The notes under the pieces: model-generated
Told to the model about the DNA's origin: nothing
What the model saw: only the letters and a program-made list of their open reading frames with translations
The model's database searches: none
Translations under genes and position numbers: made by a program
NCBI GenBank assembly: GCA_043228905.1
Contig: JBHGNT010000005.1
Location: 19,158,001-19,222,000, forward strand
Direction: 5' to 3'
DNA: 64,000 nucleotides
Source of the DNA: Azolla caroliniana
Taxonomy: Eukaryota; Plantae; Polypodiophyta
Shown: piece after piece, positions 23,401 through 36,700 of the stretch
How positions within the stretch are numbered: position 1 is the first letter of the stretch
How the letters are laid out: each line of letters opens with the position of its first letter

Positions 23401-23470
23401 CTACGACGGACTATTCGTAATGAGGCATTGAGCGAACTCTATGTCGGCCTCCGACTCTACAAATTTTGTT
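17090..23470 (+). mobile_element. Ty1/Copia element B: 5' LTR 17090-17552, PBS 17553-17564, gag 17724-18609, interrupted by element C, resumes 23395-~23470 then truncated
   Basis: TGTTGAG...TTAACA LTR related to LTR A. PBS TGGTATCAGAGC. Copia gag (KLDRSNY..W, CNYCGKISHREEEC knuckle). After element C the frame continues DDYDGLFVMRH*ANSMSAS. Confidence 0.9.
18610..23394 (-). mobile_element. Ty1/Copia element C nested in the gag of element B: gag-PR-INT-RT-RNaseH with frameshifts, 3' LTR 18610-19067, partial 5' LTR 23170-23394
   Basis: WFVDSGASNHMT (protease), HSDVWG and FIDDFSR (integrase), [17 protein letters not shown] and YVDD (RT), SSTEAEY and DIFTK (RNaseH). PPT TTGAGGGGGCG. The two LTR copies differ at 7 of 225 aligned positions by my count. 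Confidence 0.95.
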
Positions 23471-24656
23471 CCATTGGAATAATTGCAACAACAATATGTT
23501 GAGCTCCTAATAATATATTCTAAGTGATGACATTCACTTGTGTATATTCCCAAGAAGCCATTGATTTTCTTGCGCTGGGCCCATAAACTTGGTTGTTAAG
23601 CATTCTAGATTGGTAAGAACATGCATATATTATTTTTCATTTATTAGTACCATGATTATAAGAATATGGGGTGAAAAGTTTCTTGAAAAAAAAGAGCGAA
23701 GAAGAAGGGTACACCCTAATTCAAACTGTGAAGGTTGTAGCTAAGGACTTACAATATTGAATAGAAAAGAATAATAAGAAAACAATAGGGAAATAAAAGA
23801 AGAATGTAATTGTATTAATAAGAGCAAGATTACATGAATATGTTGAAGACGAACATTGAATTGGAATGATTCACCAATGACTAGAGCACCTACCTATATA
23901 GAATGGTTGACACATACATCCACATTACCTCGTGTCCATGCGTGATTGCCTCTAGGCATTCATGCAAGCATACTATTTGTTGAACATGAATTAGCATGAG
24001 CAACTATTGCATGAAATCACATTACCCATCCTCTTGGGAGATAATAGATTGAACAACATCATATTTTACTGCCTTCCATGTTCTTTTGTGATGTCATGAC
24101 ATGATGACCATGGTATTTTGTATATGTGCTCATGGAAACTACCCCCACCAATATGATCATTGTATCGAGTAGTTCCTCATGAATGATCTTGATTCGGTAT
24201 GCCCTCCCCTTTTCCTGCCTCCTTGCCAACCCAAATGAGAATTCATTCATAATCTCAGGATTGAAAGTGCACAACACGAAAACGTCAGGTGTTTGCTCGA
24301 TTGGAAGAACAAGGCCAAGAGTAATAGCATTTGCAACTGATGCATAACTTACGAGAGTGGGAGTTCACATTCAATGATTCGGCTCGTTCTACAGAAGCCT
24401 TTTCCAATAGAGGCTCTATGGCTCAAGCAATGCCTCTTGATCGGGCAGGCAAGCCGAAAGAAAAGACGTGCCTCTCGAGTTTCAACCCCATTTGGCATGT
24501 TAGTACAAAGCCCAAGCTTGGCCTCCAAGAACTCATTTTAGCATATATGTGTGAGGAGGGAGAGAGGTCTTATTCTTAAATTTTAATGTCATCAATGATT
24601 AACTAAATACTTCCACACAAACTAAAAAGAAGAAGAAGAAGAGTCTTCATAGAAAA

Positions 24657-24688
24657 GAAACCCTAATTTCTACAGATACCCTAATTTG

Positions 24689-24742
<54 letters not shown>
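24657..24742 (+). promoter_or_regulatory. Telo-box (AAACCCTAA) and (GA)n tract just upstream of the TraB ATG
   Basis: AAACCCTAAT at ~24658 and a GA run at ~24692-24742. Both are common plant promoter/5'UTR elements; function here is inferred. Confidence 0.5.
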
Positions 24743-24744
<2 letters not shown>

Positions 24745-24749
24745 CCATT

Positions 24750-27700
24750 ATGCCGAACCGAGACGGCAGTTTTAATAGCGACTTAACGCCCAAAGAAGAA
24801 GAAATACCATCCCAGGAGCTTGAAACCCACCCATCTCTGTGTGATCAAGAAGAAGAAGAAGAAGAAGAAGAAGAAGAAGAAGAAGAAGAGCAGCGTTCAA
24901 AAGAGAGTTCAGGGGAGAGAGATTCTTCAGAATGGGCCCGAAATGAAGAAGAGATCCCGGAAGGGCTTCCTCAAGAGCTTAGTTACTATATCTCTTCAGA
25001 TGATGACTCAGAACCAGATTCCGTGGAATCCGAATCTCTTTCTACTGAAGATACTTGCGCACCTCAAGAGGTAAAGTCATGTCTTTCTACTCTACTATTC
25101 ATAACCTTGTGCATAAAATTTATATATTATTTCGTCATAGTTCCCTCTTATGACGTCATCATCTATGAGTGCTTTTCATAGGAGAGTATACGATGAATCC
25201 TTCTTACAGGCATCATGGGTTCTTGCTCTTGAAGATTGGCACAATGGTATTTTCTGTCCAGCTACCAGGGTTTAGGTCTTCCCAAATTGTAACCAATCAA
25301 TGGGGTTTTAAAATTTTTGGGTACTAAAAAAGATTTGACACATGGGCGTGAGTCATGAGGGTGGGTGTATGGGGGCTGTGCAGGGATATCATATAGGCCC
25401 TTTGCATTTTCATGCCACACCTGAGGTACGGTGAGTTGTGTGGTAGGGTGCCTCTTGTTTAAACATTTCCTGTGATCTTTTACTCATTGTCCTAGCCAAC
25501 AAGTGGTACACATGTGCTTCAAATTTAGCCAAATACGAAAGTTCGTACTCCGATCAAGTTACCCATCAAATAAAAATAGTATGTATAATGAACCATCTTT
25601 GTAAACTCATCCACTATCCGTTAAATAATATGAGGTTCATTACAATCAAAGCCCAATATTGGAGATGGATTGGAAGAGCTTGTAGAAGACCATAATTGTG
25701 ATGATGGGGAGCTTTCACGTAGGCACATGTACCACACAATTTGGCGAATTCAATGACTAGCTTCCACAGTCGTGCCCACCAATAGTTCTTTGCTGCTAGC
25801 TTGAGTGTTTTTGTGGCACCAATGATTTGCCTTGTTAAGACTCTGTCCCCATGTTTCTACTCCATAGAGAAGAGTTGGTGTGACAAGTGTATCAAATAAC
25901 CATAGCTTAGTCCGTGGCTCTTGGAACTGCAAATGTGCACATTGTCTCTCGAGAGCACCAAGAGCTGCATATCCACAAGAAAGTCAGGCACAAGCAGCCT
26001 CCTGTAAGGAGAACCTAGGTCTTGTAAATGTTACTCCTAGGTATGTGTAGGAGCGTGTGTATTCCACCATTTCCTCTCCCAAGAATAATTCTGGTTCTGA
26101 TCTTGTTACCCATGCTTGAGTGGTGTTAAACACCATCACTTTAGTTTTGTCCATGTTGATTGACAAACCTTTGTCCATACAAAATAGTTTAAAGGCATTT
26201 AGATGTCTTTGTAGTCCTTTCGTAGAGTTAGAGATCAGCACAATGTCATCAACATATAGTAATATTTGTATAGCTATACCTACTAGGCGTGCTCCGGAAC
26301 CCCCGAATCTCTCTATGTAATGTGATACCTCATCTATATAGAGACCGAAGAGAGTGGGGGATAGTGGGCATTCTTGCTTCACTCCAATTGTGCTAGCCAC
26401 CGCCTCTGACAAGCCCTTGGAAGACCACACTTTTCTTGACACGGATTTATAGAGTGCATAGATTCCCCATTACATATCTGTAGGAACACCAAGGTCTTCT
26501 AGCTGCTGCATAAGCCGAGCACGTGGCATAGTGTCAAAGGCTTTTCGGAAGAGAGAATGTTGAGAAATAAAAAGACGAAAGAGAGTGCAGGTGTGGAGTT
26601 GCACAATCCATCACCTCCTCTCAGCTCTAGAATAGTGGTCCAACATTGAGGCCAAGTTGATAAAACTTATGATTCCACTAATTCCAAAATGGAAATGCAC
26701 TTCAATATGTTATGTGGCAATGCATGGGCAGTTGCAAAACACCAATGTGACAGAGCAATTGCATTAACCAAAGCAACTCGCAAAAAATATCCAAAGAAGC
26801 TCGATATTCAGCTTTGGTTGATGAAGTAGAAGCTGAATGTTGCTTCTTTGATTTCCAAGAAATCAAGCCTGAGCTTAACATTAAACAATAGCCAGATGTG
26901 GACCTTCTAGAATCAATATCACCTACCCAATTAGCTACTAAGTACCAACAAGCTCAATGCTGCCTCTAAAAGAGAGACCATATTTGAATGTGTTGGTCAA
27001 ATACCTAAGAACTCGAATAGGTATTTGCCAATGATTGTCTTGGAGCACTTGAGAATTGGCTGAGAATACTCACACTCTAGGACAAATTAGGCCCGGTGTA
27101 AGTTAAGTAAAGAAGAGACCCAATTAACCTTCTATATTTTATGATATCTTCAAATATGGGAGAATCATCTTCACTAGATAGCTTTGAGTTTGGATCCATG
27201 GGACATGAGAGTGGCCTGCAATTTGACATTCCATAGGTCTTAAGGAGCTGCCTGAGATACCTATGTTGGCTACGGAAGATTCCACATGTGATTGATAGAT
27301 CTCCATACGTAAGGAGTAATGGAGAAGTCTTAAATCAGTCATTTCAAATGTGGTTTTGCGGTCAGCAGCATAGCTGGTCTATTTTAGAAGCAAGGAACCT
27401 TGTAATTAGAAGGTCATAAACATATAATATGATCAAGCATAACAAATCATCTTGGAAAAGACATAGAGATTGCTGTCAGCATAATAGTGCTGAAGCCCAA
27501 GCAATAGAGAAAAAGGCATCAATATTCATGCCAAGCTTTGGGATCTTGCTTTAAGCCATAACAAGGCTTTGTGTAACTTGTAGACTATGTTTTTCCCCGA
27601 AACCTGGAGGTTGTTCTACATAAACTTCCTCTTTCAAGTCACCTTAAAGAAGGTTGACTTGACATCCTTTTGTTGTGGGCAGCAAGTGCAAGAGCACATC

Positions 27701-30700
27701 GAATAGAGGTGTACCTTGCCTATTGACGAAAAAGGTTTCCTCATAGTCCACTCCTTCCACTTGTGAGTCGCCTTTTGCAATTGAGTGTGCCTAATGCTTA
27801 TCCAAAGTACCATCAACATGGCACTTGGTCATGGAAATCCATTTTAGTCCAATGACTTGGCTATGTTGAGGCTGAGAGACTAGCACCCATGTGTGATTAC
27901 GCTCAATGAAATTAAGCTCAACATCCATTGCCACTTTCCACTTTGGAAAAACAAGAGCTTCTTTTGCTGTAGTGGGTTCTTGTGATTTCACAAGAATGCA
28001 TAGTGAGGCAAAGTTGCATGAGTGAAGAGACTGTTGTGATTGGAGTGCTTCTCGTGTTGGTAGGAGAACCAGTTGTACACTCATGAAGCTCAGCATCAGA
28101 GATATGGGAATCACAAATGGTAGCTTGAAGCCACCTCGGAAGTGGTGGAAGCTTATGTGTAAATGGGGGCCTTGAAGATAAGACATCTTCATCTGGAATA
28201 GGAGATTCTGGAGCAGCTGGGTTTTCAACCATGAATTTAGGTAAAATCCTAGAGTCATCCAGCTTAGTCTCCTCAAAATGAACATCCCTAGAGAGGACGA
28301 GTGACATTGATTCTAGATTCCATATCAAGTAGCTTTAGATTGCTGTAAACAAGTGACTTCAATTTCTTAATGTTGGACTCAAATTTAGTCCTTTCATCAT
28401 CTGAAATGTGAACATAAGCATCACAACTAAAGACTTTTAAATGAGAAACTAAGGTTTTTACACTTGTAAGTGCTTTTGCAGGGTCATTGCAGTAAATGCA
28501 TTAGTTGGGCAACAGTTGATGATGTAGAGTGCTGTGTTGACAGCTTCACCCCAAAAGGAGATAGGAAGATCAGATTGAGAGAGCATTATATGAGCCATCT
28601 CTAGACTTTCTGGTTCTTCCTTTTTACCACACCATTTTGTCGAGGAGTATTGGGTGTAGATAATTGGTGAGCAATGCCCAATTGAGAGCACAAACTGTGG
28701 AAACCAAGCATGCTGTCCACCAAGGCATGACATGACAGCCTTAAGTACTTGAAGAAGATGAGATTTGGATTTTTCCAAGGGGCCGTGGGAACTTCTTAGG
28801 TGGTATAACCCCCTTCTTGTGTGGCATTAGCTACGATTTGTAGGCTTTTGTTGTCAATGACTTACAAAACTAAGCCATCAAAGTAGATACCATAACCGTG
28901 CTTTGTGATTTAGTAGACCAAAAGTAAGCTGGCAGAGATGCGATGCAAATGTAGCACATCTTGAAAAACGAGATATTCGTTATTTGAGGAACACATTACC
29001 CACATGTGAAGTTTGAGCACTTTTCTCCCTCATGGAATGGTCTTGAAGCATGCCAACAAATGTATTCATATCAGGCGTGTTGGGAAGAAGAGAAATTGTC
29101 TTACAAAAGTCTGAGAATGATTCAGGCAACTTGATCATTTCGGTTGACTTCTTTTGGAGAATAACAAATTGTATCATTTGATCCATGATGTTTGAGTGTC
29201 ATGAATCTTGAGATTTGCTAGTTGGCTTTGAATAGCTATCATTCAAGCATGATTAGCGCTATGATACCTGTTTTTGATAGCTGCCCATAGTTCATTGGCT
29301 GTCTCTTCATCTATATCTTCAATTGAAGGGCAATGGTAGGTTTAATATTAAGCACAAAGAAAACATGAGTATGAGAATTTTTATCTAGTCTAGCTTTAGA
29401 TTGAAGTAGCAATTGATGTGGTTGAAGAAGATGAAGTTACCAATGGTTTTTTCTCACTACTGTTGATGACAATCCATAGACGATGGTACTTTAGCAAGGT
29501 CATCATTTGCAGTTCCCAATCCAAGTAAGTGTTTCCATCAAGATGGACTCTTTGAGGAGTTGGGGAATGGTTGACAAAACAATGATGGAATGTGAGGCCA
29601 TGGATATATCCTCCTCTTGAGCAACTACTGGACTGTTTACAACAGATGTAAGTAGATTCTCAGGGTCTTTCTACTCTTCCCATTCTAGGTGAGACTTAGA
29701 TGAGGTAAAAAGAAGAACCTCCTCTATAGGTTGGGAGGTTGGCTGCTAAGATAACCTCCTCTTTAGGGCTGGGAGGGAGCCTGCAAAGAAAAGGAAACTC
29801 CTCTTAAGAGTTGGAGGGTGGGATAAAAGAAGATATGCTTGTGTGATCTTTGGTAAAAATCAGGCTAAGACATTGGATATGTCACAACCTTGATACCATG
29901 TGAGAAAAGCTGTTAATAGTAGCAACAGAACAATTGGAAGAAAAATATAGACAGAACCAAGCTGTGAGAGGGCTGTTGGAGGGTGCTCCAGACCTGCACC
30001 CTCTTTCATCGTTATTATCTCTTTTCTACATTCTTTCTCTTCAGCACGACCTCAACACACTTGTGCAACATATAAAGCCCATTATCTCCCGCCATTGTAG
30101 GTGCTTTCCTCTCTTCGAAGACCTCTCCATTCTAGATCAACCTATCCTAGAGATCTTTCGAAGAAAAAAGTTACAATATATCTAACTTGAGAATCTCACA
30201 TGTAGCAAAAACCAAATTCTCTCGTCTCTTGTTATCATATTTATCGAGTAATATTTATTTTATTTTGATTTGTTGTGGAAGCAAAATGGCAACTCCCACA
30301 ACAAGCCCAATCCAAGACCACCAAACAACCCAACCTACAAGGAGCTCACTTGTCATTATTTTGGCTACAAAGGTCACATTGAGTCCGATTGTTGGAAAAA
30401 GAAAAGGGACAATGCGAAGAAATCTTCTTCGACCGAAAGTCAACCTACACCAAAATCAAACTCGGCCTACTCAGCCAAAGAAACAATTTTCTTTGGCATT
30501 AAGGAACATTCTTCACATTTGGTTGGACCAACTACCTCAACCATTGATGAGTGGTTAGTAGACAGTGGTGCCATTGCACACATGACTTATGACAAATCCG
30601 TTTTGTATTATGTGAAGCGTAGCTCCTCCCAAATTTCCATAGGAGATGCCTCAAGCATTGAGGCTTTGTGTGTGGGTAATGTGTTTCTTAACACTTCTTC

Positions 30701-33700
30701 AAATGACGGACCTACCGCTCTTCAAAATGTGCTACATGTGCTTGCATCTCTACCAACTTACTTTCGGTCTACCAAATCACCAAGCAAGATTATGAAGTCT
30801 ACTGTGATAGCTCATTTTTGGAAGTCATCGACACCAACAACCTACAAATTATAGCTAGTGGCACACAAGAAGGGGATTTATACTGCCTGAAAAGTTCCCA
30901 TAGCCACTTCGAAAAATCCAAATCTCATCTTCTTCATGTTCCTCAAGGTTGTCATGCCATGGTGGCAAAAGAAGATCCCATGTTGTGGCATGCTAGGTTT
31001 GGTCATCTCAATTGCGATTCTCCTTTCCCTCATCAAGCCATTGACCGTGCAACATCTATCTTGGCGTTAGTGCACATGGATATTTATGGTCCCATGAAAA
31101 CCACTACTCTTGGTGGTGCACGCTACTTCATGCTTATCATCGATGATTTCTCTTAGAAGGTTTGGATTTATTTTCTTGTAGAGAAATCTCAAGCCTTCTC
31201 CAAATTCAAGAATGGGTAGTTCTTGTCGAGAACGAGACATCAAAGAAAGTTCGAAACAAGTCTGATAACGGTGGAGAGTTTATCTCGCACTCTTTCCATT
31301 GTTTTTGCTCTCAACGAGACATTGCTCGTCAATTTTCTACACCCAATACTCAACAAAATGGTGTTGTGGAAAGAACCGGACAGTCCAAGAGATGGCTCGT
31401 ACAATGCTATCTCAACTTGATCTTCCTCTCTCGTTTTGGGGTGAAGCTGTCAACATAGCAGTCTGCATCATCAACTACTGCCCAACAAAAGTAGTTGTTG
31501 CAATGACCCCTGTAGAAGCATTTATAGGTGTAAATCCCTCAACTTCTCATTTTAAAGTCTTTGGTTGTGATGCTTATGTTCACATTTCAGATCATAAAAG
31601 GACTAAATTTGAGTCCAAAACAAAGAAATGCAAGTTTCTTGGTAATAGCATACAATATAAAGCCTACAGGTTATGGGATTTAGAATCAAAGTCCCTAGTC
31701 ATCTCTAGGGATGTTCTGTTTGTGGAGTCTAAGTTGGGTGACTCTAGGATTTCACCTGAGTTCATGGTTGCAATCCCAATTGCTCCAGAATCTCCTATTT
31801 CAACATAGGCAAGTCATTGGATTGAAATGGATTTTCAAGACCAAGTACCATGCTAATGGTACTTTGGATAAGCATAAGGCACGTCTAGTTGCAAAGGGCT
31901 ACTCACAAGTCAAAGGAGTGGATTATGAGGAAACTTTTGCTCCAGCAACAAGGTACACCTTTATTCGATGTGCACTTGCACTTTCTGCTCACAACAAATG
32001 GCCCATCTTTCAAATGGATGTCAAGTCAGCCTTCCTTAATGGTGACTTGAAAGAGGAAGTTTATGTTGAACAACCTCTAGGTTTCGAGATTTCAGAGTAG
32101 AAAAACATGGTCTACAAGTTACACAAAGCCTTCTATGGCTTAAACCAAGCTCCGAAAGCTTGGCATGACAAATTGATACTTTCTTTCTCTTGGTTGGTCT
32201 TATAGGCCATTTTGGCCTCTTAAAAGACGTTAATATATCTTTCTTTCGTTCTTTCTCTCTCTTGGGTTTCAGCACTGTTATGCTGACAACAATCTCTATG
32301 TCTTTTCCCATTATAATTTGTTATGCTTGATCATATGATATGTTGATAACCTTCTAATTACAAGGTCCCTTGGTTGTAAAATCGAGGAGCTCCATGCTGA
32401 CCTAAGAACCACATTCGAAATGACTAATCTAGGATTTCTCCATTACGTCATAGGTAGGGAGGTCTATCAATCATATGGTGGTATCTTCCTCAGCCAACAT
32501 AGGTATCTCAGGCAGCTCCTTGAGACCTATAGCATGTCAAAGTGCAGGCCACTCTCTTGTCCAATGGATCCAAACTCAAAGCTATCTCGTGAAGATGATT
32601 CTCCCATATTTAAAGATATCACGAAATATAGAAGGTTAATTGGGTCTCTTCTTCACTTAACTTACACTCGGCCTGATTTGTCCTATAGTGAGTATTCTCA
32701 ACCAATTCTCAAGTGCTCCAAGACAAAGTCATTGGCAAGCAGCTGATCGAGTTCTAAGGTATTTGGCCAACACACTCGACCATGGTCTCTCTTTTAGAGG
32801 CAGCTTTGAGCTTGTTGGTTCAAATGGTTCCTTCTTTTTGACTTTCCATCCATTTTTTATCTCAGCTACGGTTAACCATGATCATATTTTTTCAAAGCCT
32901 CAAATAGGAACGTTGGATTTTCGTTTGTGCTGTAATCATGATTGATTCATGACTCTAAGTACGCTATCATCATAAGAGTAACATTTCATACCATAATAGG
33001 AACAGAATTCATGCATTGAAATTATTATAAGTTCAGTATTAGATATGTTCCTATGATGGGAATGTAAAGTCATATATTTTAATCATTATAGATTTTGACT
33101 AAGATATAATTACCATGACAGGGAAATCATTATAAGTTCATGACCGTGATTACTGTGGTCAGAACAAAATGTAACATATTGAACTCATTATATGGTTCAT
33201 AGTCAGGATCCTACATTCTAAATTACTTATGCATGACAACTGCCTAATAAAACATATTTATCAGTACCCTGAATGCAGTGTTTGATCCTGTAGACGATAC
33301 ATGAAATCCAGTACATACATCAGTTACTATCAAAAGCCACTAAAGAAAACCTGTCATGAATCGCAATTGTTGGGATTCAAGGATGCTTGTAATTTCCTGA
33401 AACTATGGCTGAAAAGACAAGTCAGTCACTGGTACAATGCACATTATTTGATTTTTTTCAATGCTAAGATTAGAAAAGCTTCAGAAATAAAAAGTCATGA
33501 TTTTTTATTTCAAAACATGTTCATAATATTAACAGTATTTACTTTGCACACATAGATGAAGTGACCTGGTGGATGCCTTGTGTAAGAAGTTCATGTAGAG
33601 ATGACACTATGCTTCCTTGCTTTTTGAACTGCAGAATCCTTCTGCTTTTCGAGATGAAGAAGAAATTCCCGAGGATGTTAAAAGGAAAATGTTGCCTGAA

Positions 33701-36700
33701 ATTTGCAAAGGAGTTGTTACTTTAATACGAGAATCTCAAGCACCTGGAGGTTGCAGCTATGTCTATTTAGTAGGCACTGCCCATGTTTCTAAGGTTCTGG
33801 CCACGGTTTTTTATGTGAAACATTGTCCATATATCTTGACATTGCTGATCTTTATCACAATGCATTATAGGAATCTTGTAAAGATGTTCAGGCAGTAACC
33901 AGCTTCCTTAAGCCACAGGTATTATTTGTACATTCTTTCTTGTAAACTAATATCCAGGTATGTTTCTGAGTTTCATATACAGGTGGTATTTTTGGAGTTA
34001 TGTGAGAAGCGGAGGTTCCTATTAAGTACAACAGAGTTTGAGGTAAGATATTCAATTGAATATCATTTTTGCAACTTGCTAAAGATATTTTAGTGCAAGA
34101 ACTCAATGATAGAATATTAAAGATCAAGAGAAACAATGATACTTAATGGTCAAGAAATTGAAATGATATATCAATATCGTCAAAGGGCAAAGTCATTGAT
34201 GATACCAAAAGTTACATTCATGTGAATCTTGTCGAAGTCTGGTAAAGTAAAGCAAAAATAGATTCTACCTAAACTAGGTAGCCTACCTATGTAACTAGGC
34301 TTTGATCAAAGCACAATGATATGTGGGTACAAGTAATGTGGGAATACTTACAAAACAAATACATTTGTAGGAAAGTTACTGCGAGTGTATCAGCCCATGA
34401 ATGTTCTCCATAGGATGGTGGCATATGTCATCAATGTACACTGCACTGAACCACTTGGGGCATTGTGCTCGATCTTGTGCAATGATATTATATATCCTTT
34501 GATGCAGGACGTGTCTTCTATGTGACAATTCATGTACGCTTTGGTGTTTGTAAGCCAAATGAACTGCTTAGCCAAGCAATATCCCCTCTTGGAGGTGCTG
34601 GTTGTGCTTTCCCTGAGGTTTCTTGGCATGGGTTCATGAAAAAACCAAATAAAGTGGTTGTGCTTGATCTGAGGTTTCTTAGCATGGTCTCATGATGAGT
34701 AGTCGACCATTAGGGCCCATACATCTATAGTAAAAGTAGCCCTAACATCTCTGATTATAGAAGTTCATAAATTAGGATAATTGTCCTAACCCCTCCCTAA
34801 AGAGGTATGTCCTCTACTTTGGGAGGTACACTTAATTACCTAGCTATCTTCAGAATGATTCCACTTGTAAAATCCATATGTACTGTATAAAATTTCACTT
34901 TGGTCCGAGGACGATAATAAATCTATCTATCTATCTATCTCCAATTGATGTGATGAGGTGTAAATCTGTTCAATGCTACATTTCAATCCGTGAGACCGAT
35001 GGACAACCATATATACAGGGAGAATATGATCCTCCTGATAGCAAACCAAATGCTTCCCTAATTCCTGCAGTGAAAACCCTGTGGAGGATGCCACATATCC
35101 AAATCAGCCATCTAAACCAGATCCCAAAATCGGCCTCCTTGTCTTGGCTGCCGACTTAGCTAACCTCTGAGCAAGATAATGTGAAAGATGGTGCATCCAA
35201 GGAAGTATTGAGAGGGAGATAGTCAATCTATGATGACAACATGGAAGTTTAACCGTGATGTTGTATGGGCATACCAAAATGAAGAATTGCTCCTACTTTC
35301 CAATTGTTTCAGAGGAAACCAGAGTCAACCAGGTATATATATGTTGAGGTAGCTCTCATTACCATAAACAAATTACAGTGACCTGAGAAGAGTCTCTATG
35401 ACGATTGGTGGTGCAGCCATATCCGCTCAGGTCATTTTTGGTTGTATCCATGATCCACCAATAGGATCTCAGCCTGGATACAAATGCTTTACCTTGAATC
35501 ATTTTGGAGATCGTGAATGGATACAAGATGTTTCTCCATCAATCACCACCCATCATAGATGTCTCCAGATCTGCAATGTCATTTGAAATTAGGCCTCCAA
35601 ATCTGCATACTAATCCCCATGTAATTTATAAAGTATTCTAAGAATCCATTGTTGATTTTTAGTCCTAGAACTTATCATTTAGTAATAGTTGACCTCGAAA
35701 TTCACCAAAATATCGTCTTAAATCAATTCATGACATGGTTATTTTTTCATATTTTGTTGGTGGTATGCAATGTTTACTTGGAGCTTAGAAGTATTTTGCC
35801 AAAATAGTGGACTAATTGTAAATGCTGATAAAACAAAAATGATGGTAATGCAAACTATCCAGCCTCACCAATATCCTATGCTTACATATAAGGGAGAACA
35901 TTTACAATTTGTACAAAGCTTTAAGTATCTTGATATTGATGTACCTACCACAAATAAACAAAGTGTATGCTTTGAGTCTAGACTTCAATCTGGTTGGAAA
36001 AGTTATTATGTTGGAAAATAGATGCAACCAGAGTGATACTCATGGATGGGAAGTGAAACAAATGTTATTTAATGCTATGGTAACACGAGTTTTGCTTTAT
36101 GGAGTAGAAGTGTGGAGAGGCACTATCTCTCTTAATGCATGGAATGAGATTGAGAAGATTCAAAAGATGTTTTTAAGGAGACAATTAGGAGTTAAATCTA
36201 CTACCTCCTATCAAGTTATGCATTTGGAAACAGGTGTTCAACCTATGGAAATATTGGTACTACAGAGAGTATATAGATACATTACGAAAGTAAAGATTAT
36301 TCAAATCATAGATTACCAAATCTTGCTTGGAATGTTGGATGTAAACTACAAAAAAATCACAAGAGCAAAATTCTCTCATCTGGTTGGGTAGTTGGCATAA
36401 AAAAATGGAAGATCCACTATAGCTTTCAAGTGATGCTATGAAATATGTAGTTATTAAGGAAATATTAATGGAGCCACTAAGGCAGAAGTGAAAATATGCT
36501 AAAAGGACAAAATTAGAATATTACATTGCAAACATCAATCCCGAATGTTGGGTTCTATATAAGGCAAGAAGGCCTATTGATTGTATTCAACCTTACCTCA
36601 TTACTAACATGAATATTAACTCCTGTAGAGTCCTAACACTCCTTCGCATTTGATCACACAATCTAGGTATTGAAGTTGCATTATGGAATCAAATTGACCA

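Noticed and set aside
18604-23401. Alternative TSD ATGAC with 1-2 extra unprocessed nucleotides outside TG...CA
   Set aside because: It makes the host gag one residue shorter than its paralog. A CGACG TSD with two CpG transitions fits both length and canonical LTR ends.
23727-24058. Possible solo LTR (TG...CA with a reverse TATA)
   Set aside because: No TSD, PBS, PPT or second copy in the window, so it cannot be supported.
24820-25074. Poly-Lys ORF
   Set aside because: It is an alternate frame of the (GAA)n tract in TraB exon 1.
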